A stretch of 64,000 nt of DNA. It comes from Antedon mediterranea. Lineage: Eukaryota; Animalia; Echinodermata. Below the pieces are notes generated by a model that worked only from the letters and a program-made list of their open reading frames with translations, ran no database searches and was not told where the DNA came from. Below are positions 51,665-61,200 of this stretch, piece after piece (positions within the stretch are counted from its first letter, which is position 1; every line of letters starts with the position of its first letter). A program made the position numbers and the translations under genes. The DNA is taken from contig NC_092675.1 of assembly GCF_964355755.1 (NCBI RefSeq), forward strand, positions 8,737,812 to 8,801,811, read 5' to 3'.

Positions 51665-53364
51665 AAGTATGCGAAGCGCAGACAGAGTCTGTAATCTCTT
51701 TGAATTGCGCCCTCTATTGAGCACGTGACTGACATTCAGTTGACATTTAAAATCCGTTACTTCCGTTTCTCTCCCCACGTTGTTTTCGTCACTTGAGGTT
51801 GGCATAACAATAAAATAACGAATTTGTTAGGCTTGTCATCAACACTTTAACTTATAAACATTCTAAATAACATTTAAAAAATACTATGAACACATTTTAA
51901 AGCAAAAATAATATTGTTTGAATATTGCTGTTTTTTTTGGTACAAAATAACATAATTTTTGTATGTTATTTAATTTTTTATAATACCAATTATTAGAAGT
52001 TTTTTGAAAATGGACTATGGTCTTATGGGTAATATGGATAGTTTCACTATGGATTGCACATGGTCATAACCGGGAAATAATTGAATATACGGAATGGGAA
52101 CCGGGCAAAATGTGAACTTTTACTGATATTTACATGGAATATGAGCATTTACCAATTTGTATAAACATTCATTTTTTCAAGAAGAAACTTGATATTGCTT
52201 ATATCCGACACAATGAAGATGGCAATTGAGTATTTATAATTATAATTATCGGTTTGTCAAATTAAAACGCCATTTTTTAAAGATTGCGCAATCAACAGAA
52301 TACTGCCGACCTCATTAAATAGTCGCATGTCTTATCTGTAAATACATACTTATCAGCGAGGAAATTGTTACCACACATTCTAAAAGTATTTTCTGTAATA
52401 GAGTGTTTTTTTTATAAACTAAAATATGTTTACGATTGTGTTTGATGCAAGTATATTATATATTTTTAAAAATGCAATTGTACTTACCCCTAATAAAACA
52501 AATGGAACGATCCAATTTACACTATGTGATTGGTTGTTGTGGATTATACCATTGTCAAATAGGTAAGTAATTATACAACATTGTTATTGTTAATCAAATA
52601 TATTGAATGGCATGTAATCCAGTTTTTAAAAATAATTAAACATAATTTATTGATTTATAGACTGTTTTATAAGAATTGTTAACACTATTAAAATATAATA
52701 TAATATAACAAAATAACAGAGAACAAAATGATTGATATAGGTCATCAAATAAATCAAAGAATTTGATCGATGACATTGACGACATTTATTTCTAATGAGG
52801 TATTTGTTATCAGTAACTGATAATCTAAGATTGGAAAAATATTTGAATAGTTAGTTGTACATTCAGCTTTCAACAGAGATAGGAAATCTGTAAACTAATT
52901 CACATTACTTTCATATTTGGACAAGAAAGAAAGAATGTTCTTAAAGTTCCTACTTAAATCCAGTAACGTAATACAGTACTTAGTAGTAGATGTATTGTCC
53001 TCAAAAAACATGAAAAATAAAGATTAATAATTACTTATAAAATGGCAAAATAAATTGTTAAATTCAACCAAAAACCTATTGGCTGGCAGCCAATTTGACT
53101 ATTTTTTGCTTTAAATTACAGTTTTTTAGGTAAATACATTTTCTTTCGATCCAATTTTTGGTCAAAGTGGATACTATTAGGTGACATTCAAATGGCATAT
53201 TCAACAAAAAATGTTTTAATAATTATTTTTTTCAGGAAGACAATACATCTTTAATAATTTGTTGTTGGGCACAAAGATTGCACATGAGATTTTTTGTTTT
53301 CTGTATTATTACAAATTTTATACTCTATCCATTAAAAAAACATTATTAAGATCAACTTCAAAAC

Positions 53365-53400
53365 CTGTGAAGATACAACAATCTGTGAAGATACAACAGT
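53365..53400. repeat. 18-bp tandem duplication in the transposase 3' UTR
   Basis: CTGTGAAGATACAACAAT CTGTGAAGATACAACAGT. Confidence 0.8.
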
Positions 53401-53409
53401 GCCAGTACA

Positions 53410-56400
53410 TTATTCCTCAATTTTCCTTTTATTGGCCTTCTTTTCAGGAATCGCCTTTAGAGTTGATGGACTGCACGAAACCCAGTGATTTTTCACCACT
53501 GACAGCAAAATGGTTAATCTGTCTGTTGTTCTGCCACGGTAGTCACGTTGGATGCCATTCAATCTTGCGTGCATTGACTCACCACCTTGTTCGCCATGGA
53601 ATCCTAATCCCACCCCCCATTTCTTGATCCATGGTATGATATGCTCGCACAATATGTGAAATTTTGGAGGCTGCGTTTCATGGAATGTGGCGAAAATCTC
53701 TTTATAGATTGATATATTTTGTTCTGTAGGTAACAAAAGCAAAGTTGTCATTTATATTCTGAATGCTTAATATTTATTTAATAATAAATATGCAATTATT
53801 TAAAATTTAACAAAGATTTCTGTACTGTACATACGCAACTGATCAATTTCAGCATTCCCGAATTGTTCTGCTGAATTGTATAATCTGTGGCAGGCTCCAA
53901 ATGCATTAAATAACTTTGTGTAGGCCACAGCTACATCTTCAGCCTCCTTCAAAAGAGTTGGACAAATGGCTTGGACAGTGTGGGTTATTCCATCCATTAA
54001 ATATTTAATATTTGTTGTCTGAAATGATTTAATTTATTGTTTATTCAAAATGCAATTATTAAAAAAAAACTGAAACAGCCCATGCCACATTTGTAAGTCA
54101 TCAACGTCAGCTTTATACCTACCATGTACAATTTATGGATATGGTTCCCAACAAAACACTGTCCCCAGTATGCCTGCCTTGTTATGCCCATTTTGATCAA
54201 GCGTTTGTCCAACTCCTCACAAATGGGACCCGTTCTCTTCAAAAAAGTTGGAGACGGTGGCGTGGCTTCAATATGTTCATTCTACAAAATAATCATGACA
54301 TAATTCACATAGTTTTCTCATTCAATTTGCTTTGTTCAATAATAACAATAAAATATTTCTTATACTTACATGAGCATTTAATTTCTCCCTTTTCTGATTA
54401 ATCTGTGTAATCAGTTCAATTGCACAATCATCATTTCCATGACCAAGTAAATTAAAAGCATTAAAATAATCAGTCATTTGGCCTATCTCCTGTTCCAGAT
54501 TTTCCTTTTCATTTAAATGGTAACGCAAACATTCATTATGTTCCACTAACTGAAAAATAGGGTTAAAAGGGTCATTGTAAGTAACATGGATGGAATGCTC
54601 TGTATACAGGGTACCAACAAATGAAATTATAATGTACCTTAATGTACTCTTTACGAGCAATGCTTGCATTGATGCCGTCAGCTTGTTGGGCCATCTTTTT
54701 ATCGAGTGTGTGGCATGCATCCTCTAAACTTTGATAATGCTTCAACCCAAGGCCTAAGCTAATATGCAGTCCAGGTGGACAAACCTAATTGTAATGAAAC
54801 ATTCTTTATTTAAAACTGATGATGGTATATTTATTCAAACATTAATCATACAAGGCAGAAATTATATATATAATTTTTCTGATATAAAAAGCATCAACTT
54901 ATCAACTCTTATCAAACAAACAGTTTGATCAATCTATGAGCTTTACAGTACTTACATGATCAATGTCAATGTCAAGTATTGGTGAACTTATTACGTTGTT
55001 GTGAAACTTCGCATTTTTCAACATGCTTCCATTGCTTGCAAAACTTTCCAAATCTTTCTTCATAGATTCTAGAGATCTTTTTGTTAAATCCACTTTACCC
55101 TTCGAACTCAGGCAATATAAGCAAAAGTGTCGTCCTATAAAAAATACATTTTTTTAGTATTAAACTATTTATGAGATATTGCCTAATATAATACTAGGTT
55201 CCAGTGTATTAGAATTACAGTACTTACCACTTGCTCCGGATAATCCGTAAACACGGCATTCATATTCGTAATCCCCGAAAGCAAACAATTCAATTTCTTT
55301 TCCACTGAAATAAAGGAAGAGGTATATATTATGTACAGAATTATGAAACATAAAAAATACATACTTACCACTTTGCTTCAGACAATCCATAAACACGACA
55401 TTTGTATTTATAGTACTGTAGCTGAATGCAAATAATTCAATTTCTTCTCCACTGAAATAAAATAAAAATAAATCAAAACATATAGTGAAATCATAAATAG
55501 TAAATACTTTTATAAATTGTCAGAACTGTTATGATATAAACTACTTACTTCCACACCAATGTCTTGAGGTCTTCAACTTGGTTCCTAATTCTCTCCATTC
55601 CTGTTTTTAAATTGTAGGTGCAATCGCCTGCTTCCCATATCAAAATTGTAACTGTATTTTTCAAAGAATTGGGCCGGTCAACATTGCCAATTTGCAGCAT
55701 AAATTTGTAAGTTCCTCCTCCTTTGTCTCCGCCTAGTTTAATCCATATTTTATTTTCTGGTATCAAACCATTGTGCCAAGTAAGCATATCAAGACTAAAA
55801 GCAATAATAAAACAATATTGTGTTCATATTTCAAATGCTTTGAAAAAAAAATCTAATGAAAAAAAGAAAGAACATTTGATAAACGTGTGTATTTATACCT
55901 TTGTAGCTCATCTAACAATTGTGTTACTTTCACTCTTAAGTTTTTCACTACAACTAATGGCACATCTGTGAGCAACAACTCATCTGTCTTGGTATCTTTC
56001 ACTAGCAATGGCACATACTCAGATGTCAGATTGTCGCCTATGATCTCATCAACTTGACAGCCAATACTGGCTTCGCATTCACAAACGACCCGGTACTTTG
56101 CTAACCATCTAAAAATAGAAGAAATAATAGTTTGGAACGGATGCTTATTTTAAATGAAGTAGATTGAATAATAGGTTGAAATAATAATTTGGTTTTATTT
56201 CAGAATAAATAAATGTCTAAATAATAAAATATACCTTTTTAATAATCTTGTTCTAGAGCCACTTAGTCCAAGGTGAGTTCTCATTGAGAGTATATCTCCT
56301 TGGGGCATCCTAATGGGTGTTTGAAGCATAGTCTTTAATTCTTCATTTAATTGGGAAAATTCGTGTCTGTGTTGTTCTAATTCAGCATCTTCTCCACTTA

Positions 56401-57588
56401 TCAGTTTTCTGAATTGTTGAATCTGTGAAAGCAAAGGTATCAGTTGTTGAAATTGACGATTGATTCAGAAGTTCCCTTATAAAACATTAACAATCAACTT
56501 TTGTACCTGGTGTGTCCTCCTGTCTTTGGTTTTTTTTGATGCTGTATTTGACGACACTCTAACTGCAGGTATCTTCATATACCTAACCGTCTTCAAAACA
56601 AAAAAGAAAATATGAATAAATTTAACAGTATAGTATGTACACGGTCAATTGTAATTATGAGAAAATAAAGAAATGTATTGTACCTGCCCCTTTGATCTGA
56701 AGGTAGCTATACCATTTTCTGCTGTTTTGGCAGACAGTAGTTGGTGCCCTAAAACTTCGACATTCGCTTGCACAGGGCTTGTGGAAGGTTGTTTTGCATA
56801 AGTGTGTTCTTTTAAGACACACACATGTGTATTACACTGTCGACATTCAAACTGACACTGACATTTCTTACATTTGACAGCAACAGACATATAACATTGA
56901 ATGAAAAGATCAGGTACAGCAGTGACAGACAAGTAGTGTACATTAGTTAAACAGGTAGGACAAATCATGAACTCGACATCAACAAAACAAGTATTAACAC
57001 ATGCTTTACAAGCAACATGATGACATGGTAACTCGACAGGACATTCACACAATACATTACAGATGCAACACATGAATGGTCTTAGAGAACCGATAATGTT
57101 GTAAGAATCGGGAATAGTTGTTAGTGTTGTGTTTATTGGTTCAAAATGCTTGGTAACTGATGAGGTATGAGCCATTTTTCTTTGACACTCTGCATTTCCA
57201 CATCCCCTCTTCTTTTTCTTTGGCCTTCCACCTATGTGATAACAATTAACAATGGCTTTAAAAGTATTTGCTGTACATTAAAAATATAAACAAAATAAAT
57301 TTTCTCTACCAGTATTAACTAACCTTTTCGTAGTTTATCTTCACAGATGTTACATCCTATTCGTTTATGTGGCGGCCAGTCCTTGCAGGAAATTTGTTGT
57401 TTTTGGACAACACACTTGATGTAGCAGAGATTACAGAATGACGATGGAGTTACGCTACTATCTTCATCTCTGCTAACATTAAGCTGTTCCCAATAGTCTG
57501 CCACTTTCTTTGACCGAGAGCCGGCTTTGTTTAATTTAATACCACACACTCTGCAGAGTGTACACAGTATTTGTTTGTGGTTTTCCAT
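53410..57588 (-). CDS. Chapaev DDE transposase with RAG1-like N-terminus (Chapa zinc finger plus RING), 13 coding exons, 926 aa by hand splicing
   Basis: GT-AG exons, all phase-compatible: 57588-57324, 57231-56684, 56590-56507, 56422-56235, 56108-55899, 55794-55549, 55304-55228, 55134-54956, 54784-54638, 54549-54370, 54281-54123, 54018-53835, 53723-53410 (2781 nt). Motifs: H-x7-CRVCG, FCNLC, WPPH-x4-CNIC, GGRPKK, C3HC4 RING, LGGDKGGG (D1), FGDYEY (D2, 69 aa later), CLYC, PPGLH, KFHILCEH and GEQGGESMH (E). Confidence 0.88.
55369..55451 (-). other. Tandem duplicate of the D2-bearing transposase exon (alternative exon or pseudoexon)
   Basis: Same acceptor (TTATTTCAG|TGGA) and donor (AGTG|GTAAGTA) as exon 55304-55228. 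It is 83 nt versus 77 nt and reads GEEIELFAFSYSTINTNVVFMDCLKQS. Confidence 0.85.
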
Positions 57589-58058
57589 CAATCTGCCAAA
57601 AAAAAAAAAAATTATGATTACTCTATTCTAATGTACTTATCTGGTATACAGGTACAGGTCTGGTATGTCTATACAAAGCACATAGTAGGCCTACTTATGT
57701 TGATTAATACTATGCCTAGGCCTAAAATACTAATTATAGGCTTATTAAATAGCAGTAAAACATTCTAACATAATTATAAAAAAATAATTATTTCCCAAGT
57801 CTTACTAGGATATTTTGTCTCTATTTTAATACAAATTTAATTTAAACCATTTCATTTATTACCAAAAACTTCGTGTAAAGAAATATAAGCAGATACTTAA
57901 GTACCTAGATTAGTTTTGCGGACTTCGTCATTGACGAAATCTAGGCCTATCACTAAATAAAATGATCAAACTTTTCCAACATTATAAAGTTGAGATAAAT
58001 TATAAATTTTACACGTATGTGTAAATCTTGTTTAATATATTTTAAAAATATAACTTAC

Positions 58059-58160
58059 GTTGAGTTTGTTGATTTACTTTGTCTTAAAACAGGGAAACAA
58101 ACAGGGGGTACTATTGATATTTATACGAATCGGCGACGAAATTTCAAAACAAACCAGTGA
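58059..58160 (-). other. Putative non-coding first exon of the transposase gene (5' boundary uncertain)
   Basis: Donor CTCAAC|GTAAGTT at 58059/58058, and a strong poly-pyrimidine acceptor at 57593-57594, a few nt before the ATG. Confidence 0.5.
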
Positions 58161-58223
58161 AGCGTATCGCGATACGCGCTAACTGCCAAACCTGAGGGCG
58201 CTGTCGCTGAATGCGTCCGTTAA

Positions 58224-58235
58224 CGCGGATACGTG
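58224..58235 (-). repeat. Right terminal inverted repeat
   Basis: CGCGGATACGTG, followed by the TSD and the rest of the 5S gene. Confidence 0.97.
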
Positions 58236-61200
58236 CTGGTGTCGTAGACCTATGTTGAACTTTTTTAAATTATACTAAACAATGTTTATTTTACCTTTCA
58301 ATTATGTTTTTATGACAGTAACTATAAGATCTTTCAAAGTTATAATCTTGAACCGCAAGTAACCGAATGTCTACAACCGTACCAGGTTGCCTAGCCTGTG
58401 AATATCTGTTGTCGTACACCTGTTTTTATCTTTTTAATAATCCTAAAATATAGTCTCGTTTAAGTGTTTCTATTTTCCAAAAATGTGTTTATACTGTTGA
58501 TGATAGTATAAGTAAATAAATTCAAACTGTAACCGCAATTAATCGAAAGTTTTTCAACTAAACTGCATTGAAAACAACGGTTCTCGTCCGATCACTGAAG
58601 TTAAACAAGTTGTTGTTCAAAGACATGTTTGTTGTTGTATGTTGCTGCTGTGGTGACGGTACAAACGTCACTGTACTACGCGGGCGTCCACTTGTGTGCG
58701 CGTTTGATTCTTAGCAACAAAGCGGCCTGAATCTTTTGTACATGCCGCTATTGTGTTATGCTTCTTTGTACAGTGTTATTGTTTCTTTTATATTATCTTT
58801 TTAAGAACCTCAGTATAACTTTTTAAATTATACTAAACAAAGTTGAATTTACCTTTCAAGTATGTGTTTCTTCAACAGAAGTGGGTGTAAATACCAACGT
58901 CATGGTTTCAGCAGCTGCTAATTTCAATCCTAGAAAATGTTCTATAATAAATGAACAAAACTATTAGGTTATAGGATATATATGTTTATAGAGATTTTGA
59001 CAGTGAATATAAGATTTATATATACTTGAACCGCAAGTAACCGAACGTCTACAATCATACCACGTTGAAAACACCGGTTCTCGTCCGAACACCGCAGTTA
59101 AACAACGTCGGGCCTGGTTAGTACTTGGATGGGAGACCGCCTGGGAATACCTGGTGTCGTAGACCTATGTTTAACTTTTTTAAATTATACTAAACAATGT
59201 TTATTTTACCTTTCAATTATGTTTTTTGACAGTAACTATAAGATCTTTCTCAGTTATAATCTTGAACCGCAAGTAACCGAATTTCTACAACCATACCACG
59301 TTGAAAACACCGGTTCTCGTCCGAACACCGCAGTTAAACAACGTCGGGCCTGGTTAGTACTTGGATGGGAGACCGCCTGGGAATACCTGGTGTCGTAGAC
59401 CTATGTTTAACTTTTTTAAATTATACTAAACAATGTTTATTTTACCTTTCAATTATGTTTTTTGACAGTAACTATAAGATCTTTCTCAGTTATAATCTTG
59501 AACCGCAAGTAACCGAATTTCTACAACCATACCACGTTGAAAACACCGGTTCTCGTCCGAACACCGCAGTTAAACAACGTCGGGCCTGGTTAGTACTTGG
59601 ATGGGAGACCGCCTGGGAATACCTGGTGTCGTAGACCTATGTTTAACTTTTTTAAATTATACTAAATAAAGTTTATTTTACCTTTCAATTATATTTTTAT
59701 GACAGTAACTATAAGATCTTTCAAAGTTATAACCTTGAACCGCAAGTAACCGAATGTCTACAACCGTACCAGGTTGAAAACACCGGTTCTCGTCCGAACA
59801 CCGCAGTTAAACAACGTCGGGCCTTGTTAGTACTTGGATGGGAGACCGCCTGGGAATACCTGGTGTCTTAGACCTATGTTTAACTTTTTTAAATTATACT
59901 AAATAAAGTTTATTTTACCTTTCAATTATATTTTTATGACAGTAACTATAAGATCTTTCTCAGTTATAATCTTGAACCGCAAATAACCGAACGTCTACAA
60001 CCATACCACGTTGAAAACACCGGTTCTCCTCCGAACACCGCAGTTAAACAACGTCGGGCCTGGTTAGTACTTGGATGGGAGACCACCTGGGAATACCTGG
60101 TGTCGTAGACCTATGTTTAACTTTTTTAAATTATACTAAACAATGTTTATTTTACCTTTCAATTATGTTTTTTGACAGTAACTATAAGATCTTTCTCAGT
60201 TATAATCTTGAACCGCAAGTAACCGAACGTATACAACCATACCACGTTGAAAACACCGGTTCTCGTCCGAACACCGCAGTTAAACAACGTCGGGCCTGGT
60301 TAGTACTTGAATGGGAGACCGCCTGGGAATACCTGGTGTCGTAGACCTATGTTTAACTTTTTTAAATTATACTAAACAATGTTTATTTTACCTTTCAATT
60401 ATGTTTTTTGACAGTAACTATAAGATCTTTCTCAGTTATAATCTTGAACCGCAAGTAACCGAATGTCTACAACCATACCAAGTTGAAAACACCGTTTCTC
60501 GTCCAAACTCGTTAAACAACGTCGGGCCTGGTTAGTACTTGGATGGGAGACCGCCTGGGAATACCTGGTGTCGTAGACCTATGTTTAACTTTTTTAAATT
60601 ATACTAAACAATGTTTATTTTACCTTTCAATTATGTTTTTATGACAGTAACTATAAGATCTTTCTCAGTTATAATCTTGAACCGCAAGTAACCGAACGTC
60701 TACAACCATACCACGTTGAAAACGCCGGTTCTCGTCCGAACACCGCAGTTAAACAACGTCGGGCCTGGTTAGTACTTGGATGGGAGACCGCCTGGGAATA
60801 CCTGGTGTCGTAGACCTATGTGTAACTTTTTTAAATTATACTAAATAAAGTTTATTTTACCTTTCAATTATATTTTTATGACAGTAACTATAAGATCTTT
60901 CTAAGTTATAATCTTGAACCGCAAGTAACCGAATGTCTACAACCGTACCAGGTTGCCTAGCCTGTGAATATCTGTTGTCGTACACCTGTTTTTATCTTTT
61001 TAATAATCCTAAAATATAGTCTCGTTTAAGTGTTTCGATTTTCCAAAAATGTGTTTATACTGTTGATGATAGTATAAGTAAATAAATTCAAACTGTAACC
61101 GCAATTAATCGAAAGTTTTTCAACTAAACTGCATTGAAAACAACGGTTCTCGTCCGATCACTGAAGTTAAACAAGTTTTTGTTCAAAGACATGTTTGTTG

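Larger units (their letters stand above)
51653..58235 (-). mobile_element. Chapaev DNA transposon (N-RAG-TP-like), apparently complete, inserted in a 5S gene
   Basis: CTGG TSD at 51649-51652 and 58236-58239, perfect 12-bp TIRs CACGTATCCGCG, and a transposase with the Chapa zinc finger. A 4-bp TSD with CAC...GTG termini is the Chapaev hallmark. Confidence 0.92.

Noticed and set aside
53259-55971. Plus-strand ORFs inside the Chapaev (53259-53627, 54135-54401, 55723-55971)
   Set aside because: They are antisense to transposase exons and have no independent features.
53410-57588. Calling the gene RAG1, ProtoRAG or Transib
   Set aside because: The TSD is 4 bp rather than 5 bp, no RAG2-like gene is visible, and the core motifs (GGDKGGG, GDYEY, PPGLH, GEQGGE) differ from RAG1 and Transib. 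These features fit Chapaev.
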